This document shows positions 47,425-56,554 of a DNA stretch of 64,000 nt, in pieces. The translations under genes and the position numbers were made by a program. Source of the DNA: Dehalococcoidia bacterium (lineage in GTDB: Bacteria; Chloroflexota; Dehalococcoidia; Bin125); assembly GCA_963663895.2 (NCBI GenBank), contig CAXXRD010000002.1, forward strand, positions 576,001 through 640,000, read 5' to 3'. The notes below the pieces were generated by a model, which saw nothing but the letters and a program-made list of their open reading frames with translations, was not told where the DNA came from and ran no database searches. Each line of letters opens with the position of its first letter. The first letter of the stretch is position 1.

Positions 47425-48108
47425 ATGCGCATCCTGATCGCCGACGACGAGCCGCACATCCGTGAGCTGGTGCGCATGTACCTCTCGAAAGAGGGGTACG
47501 AGATCGAGAGCGCGGTCGACGGACAGGACGCAGTGGAGAAGGCGCAGAGCAGTAACCCGGATCTGATCGTGCTGGACCTCATGATGCCGCGATTGGACGG
47601 CTTCGAGGTGACGCGAATCATTCGCGAGCGCTCCGATGTGCCGATCTTGATGCTGACGGTGCGCAAGGAGGACGCGATCAAGGTCACGGGATTGGAGCTG
47701 GGCGCAGACGACTACCTGACGAAACCCTTCAACCCCAAGGAGCTGGTAGCGCGGGTGAAGGCGATCCTGCGCCGCGCGGACGGCCTGCGACGCTCGGGGA
47801 TCGAAGTACGCGTGGGGAAGTTGCACCTGAACCGGCAGCGCCGCGAAGCCACACTCGACGGCGAGCCGTTGAAGCTGCGCACCAAGGAGTTTGACCTGCT
47901 ATTCACGCTGGCGCAGAACGCGGGCGCGGCTCTCTCGCGCGAGCAGTTGTTGAGCCTGGTCTGGGGCTACACGTTCGCCGGGGAAACGCGGACGGTGGAC
48001 GTACACATCAACCACTTGCGCCAGCGGTTGCAAGATCGCGGCGTGCAGATCGAAACGCTGCGCGGCGTGGGGTACAAACTGACGGCCACGCCCCATGGCA
48101 ACGAGTAG
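47425..48108 (+). CDS. OmpR-family response regulator
   Basis: ILIADDE, LDLMMP, GADDYLTKPF, RTVDVHI, RGVGY. Confidence 0.95.
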   Translation: MRILIADDEPHIRELVRMYLSKEGYEIESAVDGQDAVEKAQSSNPDLIVLDLMMPRLDGFEVTRIIRERSDVPILMLTVRKEDAIKVTGLELGADDYLTKPFNPKELVARVKAILRRADGLRRSGIEVRVGKLHLNRQRREATLDGEPLKLRTKEFDLLFTLAQNAGAALSREQLLSLVWGYTFAGETRTVDVHINHLRQRLQDRGVQIETLRGVGYKLTATPHGNE

Positions 48109-49606
48109 CGTCGGGCTGCCGCTCCCCGCGTCCCGCCTGCGGCGACCGCCGCAGGCGTTGCCGCCGCTGCTCGGGGGGATCCGGGCACGGGTCTATCTGA
48201 CCCTGGCCCTCGTCATCGCGGTGACGCTGGTCATCGCGGGCATCGTGTTGTTCTTCCTCTTGGGCGGCTACCAGGACAGGCTCGCAGCCTCGACGCTACG
48301 ACAGATCGGCGGACCCGTGTACGAGTCGGTGACGACGCTGGCCGATGCGAACTTCCAAGCGTTCGAAGTGAGCCGGCAGCTCCAAGGGACGGTCGGCGGC
48401 GAGTCCGACGTGCTGATCCTGTTCGTAGAGGCCAGCGGCCGGGTGGTCAGCGAGGCTAGCCGCGACCCGCGCTTCCGGGGCGAGGTGCTGGAGATCGAAC
48501 TGGCGGCGGCGGGCGTAGGGTCGGCGGGCTTCATCGACGGGACATTGATCGCGCGCGACGGCACGCGGCTCAACTACGCCGCCACGGGCTTGGAGCCGAC
48601 GGCGGCCGAGCGCTTCAACGCCTCCCACGTGGTTTTTGCGCTGCCCAACGAAAACCGGCAAGCGGTGCTGGGCGACCTGACGCCGCGGCTGATCATCGCG
48701 GGGGGGTTCGCGCTGCTGGCAGCGATCATCTTGGCGCTCCTGCTTTCGCGCAGCATTTACCGGCCGCTGGAGGCGACCACGGCGGCGGCGCGCAGCGTGG
48801 CGCGCGGACGCTACGACCACAAGGTCGGCGTGACCGGCAGCAAGGAAGCGCGCGAGCTGGCGGAGTCGTTCAACCAGATGCTGGAAGAGGTGCGGAACCA
48901 ACAGGCGGCGCTTCGCGATTTCCTGGCCAACGTCTCGCACGATCTGCAGACGCCGCTGACATCGATCAACGGCTTCTCGCAGGCGCTGCTGGACGGGACG
49001 ATCGAGGACGACGAATCGCAGTCGAACGCCTACCGGATCATTGAGGAGGAGTCGCGGCGATTGCTGCGGCTCGTGGAGGGGCTGCTGGATCTCTCGCGCA
49101 TGGAGGCCGGGCAGCTAGAGCTGGAGCTGGAGCCGCTCAATGTCGATGAGCTCCTCCGGCACGTCCACGACCTCTTCGCGCTTCGCGCCGAGGATCTGGA
49201 CACCGAGTTGGTCATGGAGGCGGAGGCGGTGTCTCAAGTGATCGGCGACGCCGACCGCCTGGAGCAGGTGCTCGCCAACCTCGTCGACAACGCGCTGCGC
49301 TACACGCCGCCGGGCGGTCGAGTCGTGCTGAGCACGCGCCAGGAGAGCGAAGCGACGGTGAGCGTGAGTGTGACGGACAGCGGGCCGGGGATTCGCGCGG
49401 AGGAAGTCCCGCACTTGTTCGACCGCTTCTACAAAGGCGGACGCCAAGGGGGCACGGGATTGGGGCTCGCGATCGCCCGGGAGCTGGTCCGCGCGCAGCG
49501 CGGCGAGATTCAGATCGCGAGCACGCCGGGCGAGGGAACAACATTCCGCGTGTTTCTCCGGACGGCCCTGCACCGGGGCGGGCCTCCTCGCCGGACGCTC
49601 ACGTGA
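48095..49606 (+). CDS. HAMP-domain sensor histidine kinase
   Basis: Two TM helices, HAMP, SHDLQTPLTSI, NLVDNA, DSGPGI, GTGLGLAI. Confidence 0.95.
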   Translation: MATSSVGLPLPASRLRRPPQALPPLLGGIRARVYLTLALVIAVTLVIAGIVLFFLLGGYQDRLAASTLRQIGGPVYESVTTLADANFQAFEVSRQLQGTVGGESDVLILFVEASGRVVSEASRDPRFRGEVLEIELAAAGVGSAGFIDGTLIARDGTRLNYAATGLEPTAAERFNASHVVFALPNENRQAVLGDLTPRLIIAGGFALLAAIILALLLSRSIYRPLEATTAAARSVARGRYDHKVGVTGSKEARELAESFNQMLEEVRNQQAALRDFLANVSHDLQTPLTSINGFSQALLDGTIEDDESQSNAYRIIEEESRRLLRLVEGLLDLSRMEAGQLELELEPLNVDELLRHVHDLFALRAEDLDTELVMEAEAVSQVIGDADRLEQVLANLVDNALRYTPPGGRVVLSTRQESEATVSVSVTDSGPGIRAEEVPHLFDRFYKGGRQGGTGLGLAIARELVRAQRGEIQIASTPGEGTTFRVFLRTALHRGGPPRRTLT

Positions 49607-50361
49607 GCCGACGGCCGGCGACGGCCTGGGTAACGCTGCGAGCTGTGGGGGCCGGGCTGGCGGCGCTGATGGCGCTGGTGGCCGCAAGCGCCTGCGGGAG
49701 CGAGAGGCCGGACGCCGTGCCCCCCGCACCCCAGCCGCCGGAGCCGGTCTGCGGTCCGGACGTGAACGCGCGCATTGAGGCGGCGGATCTGTCGCCCAAC
49801 TTCGAGGAGATCAGTTTCTATCACGACATCCCGGGGCTGCTGCTGGACAGCAGCGATCCGGTGCTATCGGAGCTCGGATCGCTGGCGCACGAGCCCGCCC
49901 ACTCCGACGGGCAGGGATTCGCCAACCCGGAAACGGGCGAGTTGCTGTTCGTGATCACGCTCGTCCTGAACTCACCCGCCGCTGCACAGGACGCGCTGGA
50001 CTACATCATCGCGCAACCGATCGGGACGATCTTTGAGTTCATCAGTCCCGACGAGCAGCTCTTCGAGAGTGCGGATCTCACACCCCCGGGGCTCGGCGAC
50101 CGCGCCGCGCGCTACACGTTGCGTTACGGCGTCGAGGAAGCAGGACGGCGCATCCGAGACGTGGCGACGGACCTCGTCATGTTCACGGACGGCTGCAGCC
50201 TGCTGTTCTTGGTGCAGTCCGTCAACATCGCCGACAAGCCACGCTTGGGAGAGAGCGCCGATATCGCGGCCGCGGGCCGTGCCATCAGCGAGGCGCTCGC
50301 CGAGGGACGCGCGGCCCAGGCGGCACAATTGAGGGAGGCGGAGGAGCCGCTGTCACCTTAG
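49603..50361 (+). CDS. Hypothetical lipoprotein
   Basis: Signal peptide with ASAC lipobox; GTGA overlap with the kinase. Confidence 0.75.
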   Translation: MSRRPATAWVTLRAVGAGLAALMALVAASACGSERPDAVPPAPQPPEPVCGPDVNARIEAADLSPNFEEISFYHDIPGLLLDSSDPVLSELGSLAHEPAHSDGQGFANPETGELLFVITLVLNSPAAAQDALDYIIAQPIGTIFEFISPDEQLFESADLTPPGLGDRAARYTLRYGVEEAGRRIRDVATDLVMFTDGCSLLFLVQSVNIADKPRLGESADIAAAGRAISEALAEGRAAQAAQLREAEEPLSP

Positions 50362-52793
50362 GAGGACGCTGCCGGCCAGACGCCGCTCTGGCCCTCCTCA
50401 AGGAATACCCAGACGCCCTGGAAGTGGTCGAGCCGGTCCAACGTGCCGAGGGTGGGAAGGCGTGGATAGAACACACGGAATGACTGATCCACTGCGTCCC
50501 AAGCCAGGATCACTTCGACATTCGTACTGGCGTTGGTGGCGGCCGCCGCGATATCGCTGCCAGCGCCGACCCAAGCGATGATCTGCCAGCCGGGGACGAT
50601 CCGCGCGGGACCGAACGACACGCGCGTCTGCCGCCATTGAATCGGAGGACCGGGCCCGACCAAGATCCACAGCCCCTGACCGGTGCGGATCTCGCCGATC
50701 TGGAAACGCGGGTTGCCGGGAACGGCATTCGCCCAGGCGCTGCCGTCCCATGTGAAGAGACGCAGCACGCGTGCCGGAAGGCTAGCGAAGATGTTCGTGC
50801 TGGAGCTGGGCGCGCCGGCCCAACCGACAAGGTTCCAACCTTCGACCAACTCGACATCGAACGGCAGCGCGAGGACGACGGGCGCTGAAAGCGGCGAGAC
50901 GGCGCCGCCACGGGAAGCGGCGGCGGTAATCGCGACGACGGCCGCAGTCTCGTCGAAGGCAGCGAGCGAGACGGTCATGCTGAAGTGGCCGCTCTCGTCG
51001 GGTCGTGCGCGAGCGATGGCGCCAGCGGGCAGCGCCGCGCCCGGCTCGTCGGTCGGCGCCGCGGCCGGATCATCCGGCGGATCCTCAGCCGACGAGTCGC
51101 CGCCCGTCTCGCCGCCGTCCGTCTCCCGAGATGGATCGTCCGCGTCGGCGACCGTGAGCAGTATCCCGCTGCCACTGGCTGCGATCTGTGTGGAGGTGCC
51201 GTTGGTTACGCCGGTGGTAACAGCGTTGGCAGCAGCGGTATCGACGAAGATGGTCACGGCGCTTTCCGCTTCCGCTTGGCCCTCGATCTCGACATCGTCG
51301 CCGACGACCTCGGCGCGCACGAGAAGTGGCGCGGCCGGGACCTGCGCCGCAAAGGTCCGCAACGTCAAGCCGATGTTGATCAGTCCGCCGCCGTTCTCGC
51401 CACCGTCCCAGTTGGGCCGGTCGCCATCCGGGAGATCCTCGGAGCCTGCCTGTAAAAGGACACGAACGTCCGGCAGCGTGGTGACGGGAGCCACCGCGAG
51501 GATGAGCACGATCGTGCCGGTGATGAAGGGCGCCGAGAACGAGGTGCCGGTGGCGAACCCGTACTCCGGCTCGCCCGTGCTGGAAACCGATGTGGTGGGA
51601 ATGTCGACGCCGGGTGCGACGAACTCGATCTCCGGGCCGGCGGGCGTGAACAGGGTCGGCCCGAAGGCCGCTGCGGTGACGAGTTCCGAGTTCGCCTCTT
51701 CCTCGGCTGAGACGTCAGCAGGGATAGCTTGGCCCTCGGCAGAGCCGACGGCGATCACATTTGGCAGCGCGGCCGGGAAAGCGACGGCACCGTCGTTGTT
51801 CCCCGCAGCGGCGATGACGATCAGACCCGCTTCGGTGGCGGCATCCACCGCCGCGCGGGCGGCGGCCGGGAGATCGCTGGCGGAGAGACTGATGTTAACC
51901 ACGTCCGCGCCGGTGACGATCGCGTAGTCCAGCGCGGCGACGAGGCCGGCCGAGCGCCCCGTGCCCTCCGGGTTCATGATCCGGAGCGGCATGATCGATG
52001 CTTCCCAGGCCGTACCGACGATTCCAAAGCCGTTGCGGCCAACGGCCGCGAGGATGCCGGCCACCTGTGTGCCGTGCGCAAAGGCGTCGTCCGGCACGCC
52101 GTCGTGATCCTGGTCCTGCCCGTCGCCGAGCGCGGGGTCTCCCGGCCTCACATCCGGGTCGGGGTCCTCGTTGGTCTCGCCCTCTTCGTCCCCCGCCCAA
52201 TTGCCAACGAAATCGTAGCCATGGACGTCGTCGATGAAGCCGTTGCCATCGTCGTCTTCGCCATTGCCTGGAACTTCAGCGGGATTGGTCCAGATGTTGG
52301 CCGCGAGATCGGGATGGTCGAGGTCCACCGCGCCATCGACCAGGGCCACGACGATGTCGCGGCTGCCCGTGCTCACACGCCAGGCCCCGGGACCGTCCAA
52401 CTGCTGGTAGATCGCGGCCTGTTGCTCCGCGTAGCGCGGATCTGTCGGGACCACCTGCGCCACGTGCAGGTGGTAGTTGGGCTCCGCGAACTCAACCAAA
52501 TCCGCAGCGAGGAGCTGCCGCTGCGCCTCCGCAAGCGAGCCCCGTGCAATCCGCAAGCGCACGACGCCGCTCGACGGGTAGCTGTCGAGAACGGTGATGC
52601 CGAGGGCACGAAAGATGGCGGCGCGGCTGCCGTCCGAGAACTCATCGTGAAAGCGGACGAGCAGCTCGTCGGCAACGAAACGGGCCTCGGCAGCGCGGGC
52701 GGGGGCGGCCGATCCCGGCGTCTGCACGGCGAGAGCCAGCGTTGCGACGAGCGCAACGGCCAGCGCCACCCGCACGATGCCTCTCAACGTCAT
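50358..52793 (-). CDS. S8 (subtilisin/fervidolysin-like) serine peptidase with two shared C-terminal surface domains
   Basis: VALVDG, HGTQVAG, AAAGN, GTSFSAP; C-terminal LVEGWNLVGWAG and IVPGWQIIAWVG modules; start could extend to 52856. Confidence 0.92.
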   Translation of the reverse strand: MTLRGIVRVALAVALVATLALAVQTPGSAAPARAAEARFVADELLVRFHDEFSDGSRAAIFRALGITVLDSYPSSGVVRLRIARGSLAEAQRQLLAADLVEFAEPNYHLHVAQVVPTDPRYAEQQAAIYQQLDGPGAWRVSTGSRDIVVALVDGAVDLDHPDLAANIWTNPAEVPGNGEDDDGNGFIDDVHGYDFVGNWAGDEEGETNEDPDPDVRPGDPALGDGQDQDHDGVPDDAFAHGTQVAGILAAVGRNGFGIVGTAWEASIMPLRIMNPEGTGRSAGLVAALDYAIVTGADVVNISLSASDLPAAARAAVDAATEAGLIVIAAAGNNDGAVAFPAALPNVIAVGSAEGQAIPADVSAEEEANSELVTAAAFGPTLFTPAGPEIEFVAPGVDIPTTSVSSTGEPEYGFATGTSFSAPFITGTIVLILAVAPVTTLPDVRVLLQAGSEDLPDGDRPNWDGGENGGGLINIGLTLRTFAAQVPAAPLLVRAEVVGDDVEIEGQAEAESAVTIFVDTAAANAVTTGVTNGTSTQIAASGSGILLTVADADDPSRETDGGETGGDSSAEDPPDDPAAAPTDEPGAALPAGAIARARPDESGHFSMTVSLAAFDETAAVVAITAAASRGGAVSPLSAPVVLALPFDVELVEGWNLVGWAGAPSSSTNIFASLPARVLRLFTWDGSAWANAVPGNPRFQIGEIRTGQGLWILVGPGPPIQWRQTRVSFGPARIVPGWQIIAWVGAGSDIAAAATNASTNVEVILAWDAVDQSFRVFYPRLPTLGTLDRLDHFQGVWVFLEEGQSGVWPAASS

Positions 52794-52938
52794 GCCGACC
52801 TCAAGCGCTTGCGTTAGCGTAGCGGTCTGCAATACGGGGTACAGCCGTGCGGGCAAAGATCCCGCTCCCCGCCGCGGGACCGGCGATAAAATAGGGCCCT
52901 TCGGAGTGGGTCCGGGACGCGAACCGGCGAGGACGACC

Positions 52939-53979
52939 GTGAAGCTGCCGCCAGGCGAGCTTGGGACTTTTTTTCATAGACCTAGAAGTGCGCGCGACTG
53001 GGCGCGGCTGATCGCGTGGGCTGTGCTGATCATCGGGCTGGCGGCACCCGCCATCCGCATCACCGTCGGCTACAGCGCCATCGGGCTCGCATTCACGCTG
53101 CCGGTCGCGCTGGGAGCCCTTCTCTGGGTGGCGCCGCGGCGCTACGAATTCCGTACCTGGGCATTCTATGTCGTTGCGATCTACTTCTTCACACAGCTGC
53201 GCGATGCGGCCGACGAGACGTCGATCAAGGCCAGCACGGCCTACGTCCTAGACTGGGAGCTGTGGATGTTCGGCGGAACCACGCCCTCCGCCTGGCTCCA
53301 GGACGCGGCGGGCGGAGCCGACGGCGATCCGAACGCACTGGGATTCTTCTCGACCTTCGTGCACTGGACCTGGTTCGCCTTTCCGCACGCGGTCGTATTC
53401 GCAACGTTCTTCTTAGCGCGGGAGCTGTTCTTCCGAGTCGCGGTCATCGTCGCGGGCACCTTCTTCTTCGGCGCGGCGCTGTACTATCTGGTGCCCACGG
53501 TGCCCCCTTGGCTGGCCGCCGAGGAAGGAGCCACGAGTGGGATCCGGCGGATCATGGAGGATGTAGGACCGACGGTGTTCGGACAGCAGTTCTGGGACGA
53601 CGCGTTCCGGCTGTTCGCGGAGCCGAATCCACGCGCGGCTATGCCCTCCCTGCACTTCGCGGTCTCGTTCGTCGTCTTGATCGTGGCCCTGATCGTGCGA
53701 TCGCGGCGGCTCTTCACGCTTACGGTGCTGTACTGCATCGTGCTGGCGTTCTCGCTGATGTACCTGGGCGAGCACTACTTCGCGGACATCCTGGCAGGCG
53801 GGATCTCGGCCCTGGCGGCGTACTTCATCTTCGAGACGGCGCTGGGGCAAGGTCCGGGCGCCCGCTTGTGGAGACCGCTGAAGCGGCAGTTCGAAGGAAG
53901 GGAATACAAGCGGACGGCCTACTGGCCACCGTGGAGTCGGGTCCATCAGCGAAAAGCACGGCATCCGGAGCCAACCTAG
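52939..53979 (+). CDS. PAP2-superfamily membrane protein, AUR1/IPC-synthase-like
   Basis: PTVPPWL, AAMPSLH, HYFADILAG. Confidence 0.85.
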   Translation: MKLPPGELGTFFHRPRSARDWARLIAWAVLIIGLAAPAIRITVGYSAIGLAFTLPVALGALLWVAPRRYEFRTWAFYVVAIYFFTQLRDAADETSIKASTAYVLDWELWMFGGTTPSAWLQDAAGGADGDPNALGFFSTFVHWTWFAFPHAVVFATFFLARELFFRVAVIVAGTFFFGAALYYLVPTVPPWLAAEEGATSGIRRIMEDVGPTVFGQQFWDDAFRLFAEPNPRAAMPSLHFAVSFVVLIVALIVRSRRLFTLTVLYCIVLAFSLMYLGEHYFADILAGGISALAAYFIFETALGQGPGARLWRPLKRQFEGREYKRTAYWPPWSRVHQRKARHPEPT

Positions 53980-53989
53980 GCGGTGATGT

Positions 53990-55075
53990 ATGGCGGGCCG
54001 ACTTCGCAATCGGCTACTGGGACCCGGCACGCGCGTGCTGCTCGGGTTCGTCGTGAGCGCCGTTTTCGTCGTGCTGTTCCTGCGCGGGACCGACTTCGGC
54101 GCGGTCGCCGATGCCTTCCGCGAGGCCAACGTCGTCCTGATCTTGCTGGGGATCGCCGCCTACTTCGCGGGAGTGTGGTTCCGAGCGGCGCGCTGGCACT
54201 ACCTGTTCATGCCCGTGCGGCCGATCCCGGCCCGGCAGCTGTTCCCGATCGTGGCGATCGGATACGCCACGAATAACATCCTGCCAGCCCGGACGGGCGA
54301 AGTCATACGCGCCCACGTCTTCGGGCAGCGCTTCGGCGTGAGCCCGTTGGCGGGACTGGGAAGCGTCGCCATGGAGCGGCTGTTCGACGGGTTGCTATTG
54401 ACGTTCTTCCTATGCGTCGGCGTAGCGGCAAGCCTCGTGGGCGTGTTCGGGATGGCATACGCGGGGGACGTGCTCACCGCGGCGATGGTTTTCCTGGTCT
54501 TCGGTGTCAGCGTGGCGTTTCTCTTGAGCTACCGGATCGCGCGCTACCCGCGCACGACGGGCCGGACCATCCGCCGCTTGCTCCGGCGGCTGCCGGGTCT
54601 GCGATCGCTCGATCACCGCTGGGTGGATACCTTTATCTCGGGACTGGGAGCGCTGCGGCGAAGGCGGCTGGCGACCGCGGCCCTCTGGACCAGCGCCGTC
54701 GCCTGGGGCTTCGAAGCGCTGACCTATTGGCTGGTGGGCGAGGGCTTCGGGCTGGACCTGGCCTTCCCCGTCTATCTGCTCACCGCCGCCGCGGCGAACA
54801 TCATTATCACGGCGCCGTCGACGAGCGGCGGCATCGGGCCTTTCGAGTGGGCGGTGAAATCGGTGGTGCTCATCTTCGCATCGGGAGAAGGCGCCGAGGA
54901 GGTCGCGATCGCATACGCGGCCGCTTTGCACGGACTCGTCCTGGTCCCGATCACGATCGTCGGGCTGGGCTTCCTCTGGATCCTGCACGTGCCGATCAGA
55001 CGCCATGTGCGGGTCGGCATGGGTACCGACGATGAAGCCGCGGCGGAGCCCGTGACGCCGCCGCGGAACTCTTAG
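53990..55075 (+). CDS. Lysylphosphatidylglycerol synthase TM / flippase-like protein (UPF0104)
   Basis: RAARW, NNILPARTGEVIR, ERLFD, PSTSGGIGPFE. Confidence 0.88.
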   Translation: MAGRLRNRLLGPGTRVLLGFVVSAVFVVLFLRGTDFGAVADAFREANVVLILLGIAAYFAGVWFRAARWHYLFMPVRPIPARQLFPIVAIGYATNNILPARTGEVIRAHVFGQRFGVSPLAGLGSVAMERLFDGLLLTFFLCVGVAASLVGVFGMAYAGDVLTAAMVFLVFGVSVAFLLSYRIARYPRTTGRTIRRLLRRLPGLRSLDHRWVDTFISGLGALRRRRLATAALWTSAVAWGFEALTYWLVGEGFGLDLAFPVYLLTAAAANIIITAPSTSGGIGPFEWAVKSVVLIFASGEGAEEVAIAYAAALHGLVLVPITIVGLGFLWILHVPIRRHVRVGMGTDDEAAAEPVTPPRNS

Positions 55076-56307
55076 GCCGGAGCGGTCGCCATCGCCGGGA
55101 GGCGGCCGGTGCGGTAGACCGCTCGCAAGTCGGCCTGGGACAGCGACCAGGCCAGCACCAAAGCGATGAACGTCGCGGGAGAGGCGATCAGCAAGATGCG
55201 CACGTTGATCACGTCGGCGAGCGCGCCGTTGCCGAAGATCATGGTCGCCATGGTGCCGGCGGCGAGCAGGACGTAGAGACTCATCACTCGCCCGCGCAGC
55301 GCGTCGGAGACCACTTCCTGGATGAAGGTTGCGGACAGGGCCATGAAGACTGCCTGGGCGGCGCCGACCACGACGGCCGCCGCGACGGCCGTCACCGGAC
55401 CCGAGGCCACTGCCAGCCAGAGCATCGCCGCGCCCGAGAGCACGCCGGTGCCCAAGAAGGTCGCGCCGCGCGCCGCGCCGTTGTGAACGAAAGAAAGGAT
55501 CAACGTACCCACGAGTGCGCCAGCACCGACGCCAGCGAGTAACGCGCCGAAGGCGCCGGATCCGCGCCCCAGAGCGTCGGTCGCGAAGATGGGAAGCAAG
55601 GAGTCGAATGACATCACCAGCATGCAGTGGAACATGGTGAGCGCGAAAACCAGCATCAGCGGGCGGTGCTGGCCGACGTAGCGCACGGCTTCGCGGATGC
55701 CGCGCCCGGCCGCGCGAAACCCGCCCTCGGTACCGGCGAGTCCGCCAGAGGAGCGCACGCGGAAGCGGATGAACACGAGCGCGGAGACGGCGTAGAACAC
55801 GGCGCCGAGCACGAAGAGCCAGCCGGGCCCGACCCCCGCGATCAGCGGCGCGCCCACGAGTGGCCCGATGAAGCGGGAACCATGGCGGGCGAGGCTGGCG
55901 AGCGTGATCGCGTTGAGCAGCGAATCTCGATCGACCACGTTCGGGATCAGGGCCTGCTCGGCGGGGATCTCGAAGATGCGAACGACGCCAGAGGCGGCGG
56001 CGATGACGATGAGATGCCAGATCGCGATCACGTCCGTGAAGGCGAGCGCCGCCAATGCAAAGGCGAGGCCCATCAAGGCGACGCGCCCCCAGAGCACCAG
56101 CCGCGCCCGGTCGAAGCGGTCGGCGAAGGCGCCGCCGATGGGTGCCAGGGCCCAGGGCGCCATGGCGGCGAAGGTGACGGCGCCGACGGCCAATCCGCTG
56201 CCGGAGAGCTCGAAAACGAGCCAGCCCCGAGCCATGAGCATGGCCCATAGCGACGCGGCGGCAACCGCGGAAGAGAGCCAGAGCGTGCGGTAGTCCGCAT
56301 AGTGCAT
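55072..56307 (-). CDS. MFS transporter
   Basis: 12-TM pattern, GGAFADRFDR, LRGRVMS. Confidence 0.9.
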   Translation of the reverse strand: MHYADYRTLWLSSAVAAASLWAMLMARGWLVFELSGSGLAVGAVTFAAMAPWALAPIGGAFADRFDRARLVLWGRVALMGLAFALAALAFTDVIAIWHLIVIAAASGVVRIFEIPAEQALIPNVVDRDSLLNAITLASLARHGSRFIGPLVGAPLIAGVGPGWLFVLGAVFYAVSALVFIRFRVRSSGGLAGTEGGFRAAGRGIREAVRYVGQHRPLMLVFALTMFHCMLVMSFDSLLPIFATDALGRGSGAFGALLAGVGAGALVGTLILSFVHNGAARGATFLGTGVLSGAAMLWLAVASGPVTAVAAAVVVGAAQAVFMALSATFIQEVVSDALRGRVMSLYVLLAAGTMATMIFGNGALADVINVRILLIASPATFIALVLAWSLSQADLRAVYRTGRLPAMATAPA

Positions 56308-56554
56308 GGCGGGGAAATGCCGGGGCCGGGATTCGCTCTCGGGTCGCAGGGTGCGCCGCCAGTCGCTCTCGGTCGCGAGGGTGGACGCAGTCTAGGGGTG
56401 GGGGCGACGCCGTAGTGTAAGCGCGCGCCGGGCAGGCCTTTACTCTGCTCCGTCCGGAGCCGATATTGGCCCGAGAGCGAGACCAGCCCGAAGCGGGCAC
56501 GAACCGCAGCCTCGCCGTCCGGGAACGGTCGGCGCGATCCGAGCAGGAGCAGCG

